The position numbers were made by a program, and so were the translations under genes. From positions 21,638,001 to 21,702,000 of the forward strand of contig OX597816.1 of NCBI GenBank assembly GCA_951406725.2: a stretch of 64,000 bases of DNA. The letters are read 5' to 3'. The notes beneath the pieces were generated by a model, which did no database searches, was not told where the DNA came from, and was given only the letters and a program-made list of their open reading frames with translations. Below, one piece after another: positions 13,441 through 26,189 of this stretch (within the stretch, counting starts at the first letter, position 1; every line of letters starts with the position of its first letter). The DNA is from Octopus vulgaris (taxonomy: Eukaryota).

Positions 13441-13706
13441 TCACTCCTGGTCTTTATCCTGCCGTGTGTTGCTCGGCATCTTTCTTCTCCATGTTTTTTT
13501 TTTGTTTACATCTTTTTGTTATCCTACACGCTGAAATATTTGTTAGCAACTTTTCATACTTGTGTCATTGTAGACAACTCTTAGCTGCTACCGATGCAGC
13601 AGCAGCTGCTGCTGCTACTGCGACCGCTGCTACTGTTTATTTTTTGCAACTTTTATTTTTTATTCACATTTTATAGTTGTTATTGCCATTGTTACGACAC
13701 AGAGAA

Positions 13707-13754
<48 letters not shown>

Positions 13755-14268
13755 CACATATTTACTAGTATATATTTATAAATATACATACGCACATACA
13801 TACAAACATATATATATATACATATATACATATATATATATATCTACTTATAATATCATATATACCTATATATTTTGTGTGTTTTTATATATATACACAA
13901 CTATATATATACATATATATATATACACATACCTATATAAGTTTGTGAGTGTATAAATATATATACACAAATATTTATACATACACGCACGCACACACAT
14001 ATATATAAACATATATTATATATATATACATAACTACATGTTTATTATATATATATATATATATGTATTCTTGTGTGTATATGTATACACATATATACAC
14101 ACATATATTTATACATATATACACATATATACAGACACACACACACACATATATATATATACATACAAATATACATATATGATATATATGTATATATTAT
14201 ATATATCTGTATATTTTATATATATATATTATATATATATATGTATATATATATATTTATATATACGA

Positions 14269-14324
<56 letters not shown>

Positions 14325-14362
14325 AAATATATATATATATGTGTATGTGTGTGTGTGTACAC
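13707..14362. repeat. Degenerate (TA)n/(CA)n tract
   Basis: Direct reading. Confidence 0.9.
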
Positions 14363-14644
14363 ACGCCACATGCCACACTGCTGCGATTCCTTCTCCTTGT
14401 CGATGTCATATGCTAATCTTCAGTATGGTGCTTTTTTATTCTCCTCCATTTTTATGTAATGCTGTTCTCGTTATTTTCTCTCTCTGTATGTTTGCGCGCA
14501 GTATATACATATATATTTATTTATTTATTTAATCTGAACATATTCTATATCACATTTTATGTATTTGTATACACTTTATATCTCTATAATCTAAATACAT
14601 ATATGCAATACGTATTTTATGTGGTTCGTGGTATTGCAACAAAG

Positions 14645-14655
14645 CAATAATAATA

Positions 14656-14712
<57 letters not shown>

Positions 14713-14832
14713 CTAGAGAGAGTGTATTTCATAGCAATCCTTATGTTTGTGAGTTGGCCATGTTACCTATAAAGGATTTATTATTGCTGCTGTTGTTGCT
14801 GTCACCAGGTTTTGCTATTCGTATTATTATTA

Positions 14833-14929
<97 letters not shown>

Positions 14930-15046
14930 CATTATATGCCCTGATGTAGCATTATCATTGTTATTATTTTTATTATCATCATCATTATCATTTTTATCAA
15001 TAGTAATAGTAGTAGTGGCACTAATAGTCGTAAGTAGCAGCATAAA

Positions 15047-15119
<73 letters not shown>

Positions 15120-15198
15120 TTTATTTTTATTATTATTATTATTATTATTATCATCATCATCATCATCATCATCTTTATTATTATCATCATTATTATTA

Positions 15199-15248
<50 letters not shown>

Positions 15249-15266
15249 GTTATTATCATTATTATT
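14645..15266. repeat. (AAT)n and (ATT)n microsatellites
   Basis: Direct reading; a second AAT-to-ATT flip is at about 15080. Confidence 0.9.
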
Positions 15267-15778
15267 GCTATGGGTTTCAGTAATGTTGCATTAAGAGATT
15301 CCCATATCAAACCAGGTATTAGGTACATCTTATGGAGAACATGCATAAAAGACACGAAGATTAACAGTGATTTTAAGGTTAATGAAAATAGTGAAAGGTA
15401 ACGAAAATGTTCGCTTTTTTGTTTTCTGTTGCTTTTTCCTTTTGCAAATGTTCAAGGATAGCGAATGCTACGTGTGAAAATGCTCTCACAATATATACTG
15501 AAACTTGTTTGATATTCTGATATTCTCTGGATCATGCCAATGTCTATTTGTGCTGGTAATCTGTCTTTATAGAATATGTTTTGCACCACTCTGGTTGCAC
15601 CTAGTACAAAATGGATTATATACACACATACGTACATATATATATATATATATATAAAAAAAAAAAAAAAAACACAACCATGCATACATTAGTACATACA
15701 TACAGAAACATACGTACGTACAGACATGCAAATGCATTTATGTAAAGAAGTAAAAAGTTTATTAGAGTGTGGACAAGG

Positions 15779-15832
<54 letters not shown>

Positions 15833-15833
<1 letters not shown>

Positions 15834-16203
15834 AAAGGGCTTAGTAAAATAAATTACTTCGCCGCATACTGAACTCATTAGAAATAGCAGCTAAAAAACT
15901 TTTTAAAGCTATTTCTAATACTTAAAGAAAATCTCTCTCATATATAGCGTTTGCCTAATTCAACTCACAAAAGTTTGGGGGTAAGGACATTAAAAAAATC
16001 AAATGCTAAGGTTATTTGAGTACGTACGTTTCAAGATTAGTCAAAACAACACTTCTGTCTTCAGCTCAGAAATTCCTTGGTTTGGATTTGGAAACACTGA
16101 AAGTAAGAACATACCCTTTCGAAGATTCGCTCGTTACTAACAGTAACAAACCCAAAATAAGCAAGTGAAGAATTTCTGTCCTCCCCTTTCCACCAGCGTG
16201 GGT
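15833..16203 (-). mobile_element. Putative Penelope-like element fragment inserted in (TA)n
   Basis: About 370 bp of unique sequence bounded on both sides by (TA)n. It contains a minus-strand hammerhead motif and a 12-bp hairpin (15877-15888/15908-15919). Confidence 0.55.
16017..16068 (-). ncRNA. Minimal type-I hammerhead ribozyme motif
   Basis: Minus strand reads UGAG-CUGAAGA-[imperfect stem II]-GAAA-CGUACG-UA-CUCA. Stem I is UGAG/CUCA, stem III is the palindrome ACGUACGU, and the triplet is GUA. Confidence 0.6.
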
Positions 16204-16422
<219 letters not shown>

Positions 16423-16839
16423 GCGATTAGGAGAGATATCACAATGTTATGTGCCGTTTCTTAAGTGTGAAGCAAGGATGTTATATAATGTAAGATATAA
16501 GTTGCGATATCGAATTTTACGAGAAGAAACGAAAGCAGTTTCATGTCCCGTATGGTAGAAACACGATGTGGAAATACATGCACGGGAAGACATTTGATGA
16601 AATTGATGAAATAGAATGGGTGCTTACTACACGAATCCAAATAGATTTCTGCATCTCCGGTTTTAATTTATTCGACTGCTTACTGCTAATGATAAATGAG
16701 AATGGCTGTAGATATTCGAGCATACCTTGATAGGCTGAAGCTGTTCTGAGCAGGAGATGTTGAGGGTTAAGGAAAGCCTATAAGTAACTGAGATAAGACT
16801 GTCCGTAGCTTCTGCTAATTAAAAGGATAATAACATAGT

Positions 16840-17000
16840 CGCAGGAGTGGCTGTGTGGTTAGAAGCTTGATTCCCAACCACATGGTTCTGGGTTCAGTCC
16901 CACTGCGTGGTACCTTGGGCAAGTGTCTTTTACTATAGACCCGGGCCGACCAAAGCATTGTGAGTGAATCTGGTAGACGGAAACTGAAAGAAGCCCGTCC

Positions 17001-17039
<39 letters not shown>

Positions 17040-17252
17040 ATTTTTGTGTGTCTGTGTTTGTCCCCCAACATCGCTTAACAACCGATGCTGGTGTGTTTAC
17101 ATCTCCGTAACTTAGCGGTTCGACAAAAGAGATCTATGGAATAAGTATTAAGCTTACAATGAATAAGTCTTGGGGTCGATTTTCTCGACTAAAGGCGGTG
17201 CTCCAGCATGGCCGCAGTCAAATGACTGAAAAGAGAAAAAGATTAAAAGAGT
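16840..17252 (+). mobile_element. SINE family A, full length
   Basis: Head, internal microsatellite and tail all present. Confidence 0.9.
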
Positions 17253-17640
17253 GAACAAGAACGATATCGTTTATTTAGCACACGATCTTCAGATGAAGAA
17301 GACATTACAAGGAGAATTTACAAATCGTATACGAGATTACGATAAAGATGAAGTGAAACGAAGGTGGACTGTGATAAAATATATATAGTATACAAAATAT
17401 GTGAGCACGAGAATGATGCAGTCCTTTCAACTAAAGCCAGTCAAGGACTCCACAAATCCAATCCAGGCTTACCCTGGCAACCAAAGTCACACACGCACAC
17501 CTATACACATTCACCTTCCATTGCATTTGTTGTCTTATGGCATGTCCCTTTGTAGTGTTATATTTAAGAGATGAGGAATTATGCACATTATTTACATTAT
17601 TTATATTTGTCGGATATGTGTCCTCATCTTATTTGTTGTT

Positions 17641-17686
17641 AACACAACGTTTCGGTTGATATACCGTCCAGCCTTCATCAGGTGTC
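17641..17686 (-). ncRNA. Minimal type-I hammerhead ribozyme
   Basis: GACAC-CUGAUGA-A-GGCUG..CAACC-GAAA-CGUU-GUGUU, with one mismatch in stem II. Confidence 0.75.
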
Positions 17687-17734
17687 TTGGGGAGATTTCG
17701 GAACCTGGATTCTCATTCCTAAGGTACTTTTCGA

Positions 17735-17780
<46 letters not shown>

Positions 17781-17919
17781 GTTGTTGTTTTTGTTGTTGT
17801 TATTCAGGCCCTGCTTGGAATCGAACTCGGAATCTTCGAGTTTGTAGCTCGCTCTCTTAACCACTACGCCATGTGCCCAAGTTCGAGTCCAGACAGTGAC
17901 CTGAATAATAATAAAAATA

Positions 17920-17984
<65 letters not shown>

Positions 17985-18036
17985 CAACACCAAAAAACAC
18001 CTCAGGAATGAGAACCCAGGTTCGAAATTTCCCCAA

Positions 18037-18082
18037 GACACCTGAGGAAGGCTGGAGGGAATATCAGCCGAAACGTTGTGTT
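18037..18082 (+). ncRNA. Minimal type-I hammerhead ribozyme
   Basis: GACAC-CUGAGGA-A-GGCUG(10 nt)CAGCC-GAAA-CGUU-GUGUU. CUGANGA and GAAA cores are intact, stems I and II are 5 bp, and stem III is the ACGU palindrome. Confidence 0.8.
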
Positions 18083-18985
18083 AACAACAAACAAGATGAG
18101 GACATATATCCGTCAAATGTATATAATGTATATCTCTTTGTGTCTGGTAATTTAGGTTATTGACTTATTAGAAATCTATAAATTAAGACAACCTGTAATA
18201 CAAAATATGATCGACTCTTGTTTATCCCTGATCGTGTATGATCGTCATGACCTATGATCAAACGCTTAGTAGAATCATGTAAACCATGTTGTTTCCGGGA
18301 AGAATTTATCTAGGACTGAAATATTCAGTCTTTTATTGTTTCTCCTATCTTTCTCTCTTTATCTCTTTCTCTCTCGCTCTCTCTCCCTCCTTTCTCTTTA
18401 AGAAGATTTATCTTCGATATTTTTAGCACGTCGAGCAACAGCATTGAAGCTCCTAAATTGGTTTCTAGACGTAAATGTTACTTTTGTTGACGGTAATGCA
18501 ATTGTTGAGTTAGTTCATTGCAGTTAGAACTAAATGCTATTTGTAATTTCATTGCTTGTATTTCCACCAATAAACGACACCATTACTATTGTTGCTACTC
18601 CTGCTAGTTCCACTAGTTTTGCTTCTGTCGGTGATGTTCTGCTTGCACGTTTTATAGGAAACGCTTTCCTTGTAATTCCTTTATATGCTGAATCACGCAA
18701 ACCTATGCGAAGAATATTAACTTTTTACTTTTGCTAGTAAGAATGTTGCTGATAATGATCATTATCAGATCTCAAATGTTGCCCTCACTTTAATATGCAG
18801 AGTAACAAGGCCTTAATATTTATACATTCTATATGCAAAAGATTGTAGAAACTTCTGTCTGATTAATATCAAAATTTTTGCGTGTTTTTCATTTCGGCGT
18901 AGGAAGAATGATTCTATCAGAATTTAAAGCTAGAGGGAATAAGAAATTATATATGAGAGGAGCGTACATGCGTACTTATACACAT

Positions 18986-18996
18986 ACGTGTGTGTG

Positions 18997-19050
<54 letters not shown>

Positions 19051-19391
19051 TATACATATATACATATATACATATATATGTATATATACATATATGTATG
19101 TATGTATATATATGCATATATATATGTATATATGTATATATATGTATATATATATGCATGTATCTATGTATATATGTATATATATATATGTATATATATG
19201 TGTATATATATGTATGCATTTATATGTGTATGTATATATATATGTATGTATATATATGTATATATATATATGTATGTATATATATATATGCATGTATCTA
19301 TCTATATGTGTGTATGTATTTATATATGTGTATGTATATATGTGTATGTATATATATATATGTATGCATGCTTACACATGCACGTATATGT

Positions 19392-19426
<35 letters not shown>

Positions 19427-19480
19427 GATGGATGGATGGATGGATGTATGTGTGTATGTATGTATGTATGTATACACACG
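18986..19480. repeat. Degenerate (TA)/(TG)/(TATG) tract
   Basis: Direct reading. Confidence 0.9.
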
Positions 19481-20140
19481 CACATATTTTCACTTGTAAA
19501 GAAAGTTGTAGTAATGCTAGATAATGCAGCAGAAATTGTAATATTTTCCTTTTGTCAGAATCAAATTGATCAAAAAATCACTTTCCATTTATATCACCTG
19601 TTGCATTAATGAATATCATACTACACCCATCATTCTTCCGGTGATGTCTAAATACTTTAATAGATTAGCAACTTCTTTTCCGTAAGCATTGGCCCATTTC
19701 CATTAATTTGAATTTTCAATTCCGTCTTCATCGTACTTTAGTTTACAAAGATATTCAATACATCAGGAACCATGTTTGCTCATTTTCTCATCTCTGCATG
19801 TTGTAATGTAGACGATTTTCATATGTTTGCTAGCTCAAGTTATCTTTGCAAATATAATTATTGTTAGAAAGTCTTTTATAAATCATTCTAAGTGGTTTCA
19901 TTCCGTCTTATTTTCATACTATTAATATAATCATTGTGATTTTAACATTTTCATGCGTCTTTCGCACCGACAGGCACACCACCCTCTTTCTGAGATGTAT
20001 GCGGCAGTATTGTGTTTTAATGTGAAGAACTGCGTGTATATTTTACTTTGATTTTGATTTATTAAGGATGTTGTTTCGGTGTAATTTTAGTGTATTTTAT
20101 TATTTTGGAAGGTATGCATTGTGTTATACAGAGAGTCGAG

Positions 20141-21005
20141 TGAAGGCGCAATGGCCCAGTGGTTAGGGCAGCGGTTTCGTGGTCGTAGGATCGCTATTTC
20201 GAATTCCCAAACCGGGCATTATGAGTGTTTACTGAGCGAAAGCATCTAAAGCTCCACGAGGCTCCGTCAGGGGGTGGTGGCAAACCCTGTTGTACAGTGG
20301 TTAGGGAAGTGGACGCGCGGTGATAGGATCGTGGTTTCGATTCCCAGACTGGGCATTGTGAGTGTTTATTGAGCGAGAATACCTAAAGCTCCACGAGGCT
20401 CCGGCAGGGATTGGTGGCGAACCCTGTTGTACTTTTTCACCACAACTTTCTCTCACTCTTTCTTCGTGATTCTATTGTACCTGTATTTCAAAGGGCCAGC
20501 GTTGTCACATTCTGTGTTACGGTGAATCTCTCCGAGATCTACGTTAAGGGTACACTTGTCTGTGGAGTGCTCAGCCACTTGCACGTTAATTTCACCAGCT
20601 GTGGGGGCACGTGGCTTAGTGGTTAGGGCATTCGGCTCATGATCGTAAGGTTGTGAGTTCGATTCCCGGCGACGCGTTGTGTCCTTGAGCAAGACACTTT
20701 ATTTCACGTTGCTCCAGTCCACTCAGCTGGCAAAAATGAGTTGTACTTGTACTTCAAAGGGTCAGCCTTGTCACTCTCTGTGTCACGCTGATTATCCCCG
20801 AGAACTACGGTAAGGGTACACGTGTCTGTGGAATGCTCAGCCATTTGCACCTTAATTTCACGAGCAAGCTGTTCCGTTGATCGTATCAGCTGGGACCCTC
20901 GTCGTCGTAACCGGCGGAGTCTTTTTTTTTTTTTTAATTTCACCAGCAGGCTGTTCCGTTGATCAGATTAACTGAAACATTCGTCTTCATAACCGACGGA
21001 GTGCC
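20141..21005 (+). mobile_element. SINE cluster: C head fragment, then a C+X copy interrupted by a nested D+X copy
   Basis: The nested copy at about 20600-20933 is flanked by the TSD TTAATTTCACCAGC (20586-20599, 20934-20947). Confidence 0.85.
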
Positions 21006-21224
21006 ACACACCAAAAAAAAAAAAAAAAAAAATAGAGTGATAGTGTTGGTTGAATATGAGTTGTGTAGGATGTCTGCTGCTGCTCCTAGTAAGCCTAATT
21101 TTGTGCCATGTCTTGACTTGTGGTATTATTGGTATTATTTTCTATTGTTTGTCTTCAAGACTCTGTTTATGAAGCGTCGTAAATTACGGTGCTAGTTCTG
21201 AATTCTGTAGAAAATCGATTCTTT

Positions 21225-21421
21225 TCTTCTATTCTCTGTTTCAGTCACTTGACTGTGGTCATACTAGAGCACTGCCTACAGTCGTACAAATCGACCGCAG
21301 GACTTGGTCTTTGTGAGCCTAGTACTTACTTTATCGGTCTCTTTTGCAAAACCGTTAACTTACGGGGACGTAAACATACCAACTTCGGTTGTCAAGCGAT
21401 GGGGGGACAAACACACACACG

Positions 21422-21480
<59 letters not shown>

Positions 21481-21648
21481 GACTGGCTTCTTTAAGTTTC
21501 CGTCTACCAAATCCACTCAGAAGGCTTTTAGTCAACCTGAAGCTATAGTAGAAGACACTTACCGAAGGTGCCACGCAGTGGGACTGAACCCGGAACCATG
21601 TGGCTGGTAAGCAAGCCACATGGTTACCACACAACCACACCTGCCCCT
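21225..21648 (-). mobile_element. SINE family A
   Basis: Reverse complement of the full A structure. Confidence 0.85.
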
Positions 21649-21807
21649 ATATAGATATCCTTGAAATATAATGAATGTTCTATTAACACACGGTAGGGCA
21701 CAATATTGACTTAATACACTTATAACGTATTTTGTAGAGTATTAATGAAACAAAAGCCTTGCCAGCAGTTAAATTCATTTTACTTTTATGCTTACGCTTA
21801 TGTCTAA

Positions 21808-21950
21808 CTCCTTAGCATTCAAATTACTCAATTAAATCATGTGATTATTTATTTTTATAATGACATTGTCGGTTAGGTGTGAGAAGTTGGTGTAGACATA
21901 AAGGAGGTAGAATATTTAGGCCAATCATGGTCAATTTCAATGCTTAAGGG
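21808..21950. mobile_element. Small MITE with piggyBac-like ends
   Basis: Imperfect terminal inverted repeats (TIRs) CTCCTTAGCATT and AATGCTTAAGGG, flanked by CTAA and TTAA. Confidence 0.5.
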
Positions 21951-22544
21951 TTAATTTTATCATGACACGTATTATAATTATTACCTGTGCAATTTACAAT
22001 TGCACACACCATATCTGCATATTCACGTCTCGATCCTTGTAATTTAATAATTTATTTGACGTGCATCTGGATACTATTTCTTCAAGAGGATTTGATTTTT
22101 ATATCAGGGTACAGAAATTTTCATTTATGTCACTGATTTATAAATCCGGGGCGGACTGCCTTGATTATCGTATCATTGATTGGTTGAAATTACCGAAATA
22201 CGACAAATTTAACGTGAAATTATTTCGTGAATATAAGCTTTTCTCAAAAATGCTAAGATTAAAAGATATATTATAGGGCACATTCTACCAGTGTCCGAAG
22301 TTTGAAAGTGTTTAGCTACAAAAAATTATTTTTAAGTCTGTCGGTCAAAAGGTAAAGATCCGATTAAATAAGTACCAGTTACACATTGGGGTCGATGCAA
22401 TCGTCTTAATCCCTTCCCCCAAATCTGAGGCCTTGTGCTTTCAATAAAAAGGAATGTATGGGTTAATACAGTGGTACAACTATTGAGATTTGTCAAAAAA
22501 AATCACATGCATACATGAATAAACACACGCGCACATACGCGCGC

Positions 22545-22750
22545 GTTTGCGGATGTTTAACCTCCCACCGCTTGACCTGTAACATTGGCTTGTTTATATG
22601 TCCCTAACCCAGCGCTACAGCAAAAAGTAAGCTATCGAATAAATAATTCACTGAAAAATAAGCGCTGGGTCTGATTTGGTCGACTACAACCCTTCGAGGC
22701 GGTGCTCCAGCATGGCCACAGTCCAATGAGTGAAGCCAGTAAAAGAAAAG
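22545..22750 (+). mobile_element. Old SINE family A, 3' half
   Basis: Ends GGCGGTGCTCCAGCATGGCCACAGTCCAATGAGTGAAGCCAGTAAAAG. Confidence 0.7.
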
Positions 22751-22938
22751 CGATACTAAAGAATGAAAATTTATATTACACAGCAGACGTCATCTAGAAG
22801 CAATCAGTGAGATAACCGAATCACTATTACACAGAATATGTGACAGGAAAGGACAAACAGCGATAGATTTGAATCATGTCTCCGATGATATATGTAAAAC
22901 TATTTGCATTGGTTAGAATCTCTGTGGGTTCGTTCTGA

Positions 22939-23091
22939 CAGATTGGCAAAATAATCAGGCACGATGACGGTTTGGTTTAATCAAAGTTTCATGAGAATTT
23001 ATCTGAAATGCATTTGTGTGTTTTCGGCCGAATTCTCATGTAACTTTGATTAAAGCTAATCGCCATCGTACCTGATTATTTTGCCATCCTG
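22939..23091. mobile_element. Palindromic Tc1/mariner-type MITE (153 bp)
   Basis: CAGATTGGCAAAATAATCAGG...CCTGATTATTTTGCCATCCTG followed by TA. The arms pair over about 60 bp. Confidence 0.8.
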
Positions 23092-23340
23092 TAATGTTAT
23101 TATCATACTTATAAGGTATCTTCTTTAAAAGAACATCGAAGTAGATAGATTATTTGTATTCTAAGAACAGTCTCTCAAGTTAAATTATATTTCTCTCTGT
23201 CTAACCTGAGTTTGTAAAATCCTCTGTTTTGCCAACTTTTAGACAAGTGAGTTTAAATACGGATAGCTACCTCGGCCACTGGATTAGTAATTAATTGTAG
23301 ATTTATACTTTCATATGAATTTAATTAAATAATTTGTTGT

Positions 23341-23635
23341 GGAGGCGCAGTGGCCTAGTGGTTAGGTTAGCAGACTCGCAGTCGGAGGATCGCGGTTTCG
23401 ATTATGTGTGTTTATTGAACGAAAACACTTAAAAGCTCCACGATGCTCTGGCAGGGGGTGGTGGCGACTCCTGTTGTACTCATTCGCTCCAGCTTTCTCT
23501 CACTTTTCTTCCTGTTTCTTGAGTAACGCTGCTATGGACTGGCGTCCCGTCTAACTGGGGGGAACACATGCGTCACAGAAACCGGGAAACCGGGCCCATG
23601 AGCGTGGCTAGGCTTGAAAAGAGCGAATAAAAAAA
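23341..23635 (+). mobile_element. SINE with head C and tail Y
   Basis: GGAGGCGCAGTGGCCTAGTGGTTAG head, AAAGCTCCACG body, GAGTAACGCTGCTATGGACTGGCGTCCC...GGCTAGGCTT tail. Confidence 0.85.
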
Positions 23636-23684
23636 TAAATAATTCGTTATAGAGATTGTATGATCAGAAAGAGGCACACGGGCT

Positions 23685-23893
23685 TCAAATTTTGGCGCAA
23701 GGCCAGCAATTTCAGGGGAAGGGTAAATCCACTACATCGACCCCCAGAACTCAACTGGTACTTATTTTATCGACCCCGAAAGGATTAAAGGCGAAGTCGA
23801 CTTCAACGGGATTTACACTCAGAACCTAAAGTCGGACGAAATACCGCCAAGCATTTTCTCAGGTTAGCTAACAATTCTGACAGCACGCCACCT
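23685..23893 (-). mobile_element. SINE family B, degenerate
   Basis: Reverse complement of the B body. Confidence 0.75.
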
Positions 23894-24004
23894 TATGGAA
23901 AGGAAATATCATTGTTCATGCTCGTCCCTGGTTGTACAAGCTTTATAACAAAAGACGACGTTCTATCAGTAAACATTACGATTTTTTCTTGCTTTTGTCG
24001 TATA

Positions 24005-24317
24005 TCTTTCCTACTCAAGGCACAAGGCTAGGAATTTTTTGGGGAAAGGGACAAGTCAATTAGATCGATCCCCAGTACGCAACTGGTACTTAACTGATCG
24101 ACCTCGAAAGGATGAAAGAAAAAGTCGACCTCGGCGGAATTTGAACTCAGAACGTAGCGGCAGACGAAATACCTATTTCTTTACTACCCACAAGGGGCTA
24201 AACACAAAGAGGACAAACAAGGACAGACAAACAGATTAAGTCGATTATATCGACCCCAGTGCGTAACTGGTACTTACTTAATCGACCCCGAAAGGATGAA
24301 AGGCAAAGTCGACCTCA
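24005..24317 (-). mobile_element. SINE family B dimer (tail-1 unit joined to a tail-2 unit)
   Basis: Junction on the minus strand reads AAAGAAATA|GGTATTTCGTCTG at about 24174. Confidence 0.85.
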
Positions 24318-25669
24318 CCATTACTTGCTGCCGGAGCCTCGTGGAGTTTTAGGTGTTTTCGCTCAACAAACACTCACAACGCCGGGTCTGGACCATTGCG
24401 CCTCCACAGTCACTGGTCACTAAATCAGTGAACCTGAAAGCTGTAATCAAGATGCTAACTTTCAGAATGTGTGATACAAAATCAAAAAGAATAAAGAAAA
24501 GCTAATAATATCGAAAGAAATGTGTAGAAAGAGCTTTGTTAAAGAATTTTCCAGTCGTGATATACTTAACATTTTATAAATATTGGAGTGATTGGACTTT
24601 GACGCGATCTCGTTTCACCATGGTTTGCTTCACGAGTAAGCTGGTACTCATTGACAGGAATCAATAACCGGTTCGTAATGGCAGATGTACCTGATGAACC
24701 TTTTGTTCATTCCGCTCGGTTTTGAAAAAGTCTTGGTAACGCCACATAAAAACACAGAAATGGAGTTATACTTACATATATACACATACACATATCCGTG
24801 TAAATATAAACATACGTACATGCATACGTATGTATGTGTGTGTATTTCATATATATATACAGCACAATCTTTTCTCTATATTTCCTAATTTGTCTTACTT
24901 CTATCACACCTAAAGTGTGATCCAACTCATATACAAGTCCTTTGTCAAAGCTGAGTTTTGCTAACCTCAAGTGATGAAACACTGATACTTATTTACCCAG
25001 CATGCTTTATCCATTTATGTTAGTTCGCCAACAACAATTAATTCTGAACCAATTCTTAATTGGTTAGACATACACCAATTCAAACTGCATTCATTTTAAC
25101 TAAATACAATCTTTGAGACATTGTATGACTTCCAAAGAATTTTGTCAGATTATGTTTCAAATGTAATAAATAATTCAGCATTTGCCAGAAGCGATGAAAT
25201 TATTGAAATAAATTTCAATGCACAAATAACATTTAACCCGGCAAGCAAAGCGGGGTGCAACGAGATCGCGTGGCACTTAAGCCGCTGTAATATTTATAAC
25301 ACTTTAAAGCTGAAGCAAGTCGTGAAATGTCGAAATATGTCCCTCTTGTAATTGATTTTGAAATTTGTTAAACGTTTATAGTCATTGGGATTTGAAGATC
25401 TAAATAAATGAACGATAGTAGAGAACCAATTGTTATTGTAGACGCCAATAATTTAATTAAACTGGAATTCTATTGAGTTAAGTCAAAAGTTTTACAATAT
25501 TCTGGTAATTTATTTGATTTATTCGTCAAGTTACAACCAAAGGCAGCTTAGCGATCAAAGTAGAGGCCATGGTGTTGCTGATTTTGAAACCCCCTTTCTC
25601 TCTGTTATTTGAACCCTCTCTGTTACCAGTTCCTGTTCTTCGAGGCGAAGAATTCCTTCACTGAAGTTT

Positions 25670-25887
25670 CCCCCTTTGAAATACAGGTACAACAGAAACA
25701 GGAGGAAAGAGTGAGAGAAGGTTGTGGTGAAAGAATACAGCAGGGTTCGCCACAATCCCCTGCGGAGCTTCTTGGAGCTTTAGGCGTTTTCGTTCAATAA
25801 ACACTTACGACGCCGGGTCTGGGAATCGAAACCGCGATCCTATCGCCGCGAGTCCACTGCCCTAACCACTTGGTCATTGCGCCTCCG
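25670..25887 (-). mobile_element. SINE with head C and partial tail X
   Basis: Reverse complement of GGAGGCGCAATGACCAAGTGGTTAGGGCAG...TGTACCTGTATTTCAAAGGG. Confidence 0.85.
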
Positions 25888-26189
25888 CAGTCACCGGTCA
25901 CTAAATCAGTGAACATGAAAGCTGTAATCAAGATGCTAACTTCCAGAAAGTTAGTGAACGATAGGAGCCATGGATCTGAAGGAGTAATAATCTGAAAAAG
26001 ATATTTTTCCACATAAGCAGTAGTTATGCAAGGGACATCCTCCGGACTCTGACGCCAAACATAAGAGTTTCGAACACCAGGTGATGCTCTGCGTCTAACA
26101 GAATTACGAAGGTATAATTAACTACAAGTTCGTTCTGAACGGTCGAACCATCGATGCCTACCTGTTCTCCGACGTTTACTCATTGCTCT

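Larger units (their letters stand above)
17560..18131. mobile_element. Family E: head-to-head inverted pair of tRNA-head + (AAT)n + hammerhead elements
   Basis: Left arm 17560-17878 (minus) has a complete tRNA-like head. Right arm 17880-18131 (plus) starts at the B box. The arms are reverse complements. Confidence 0.85.

Noticed and set aside
22067-22360. Possible TIR element ending AAAGATCC
   Set aside because: The left end is too degenerate to confirm inverted termini from this window alone.
24686-24740. CTGATGA...GAAA hammerhead candidate
   Set aside because: Stems II and III do not pair in register with the cores.
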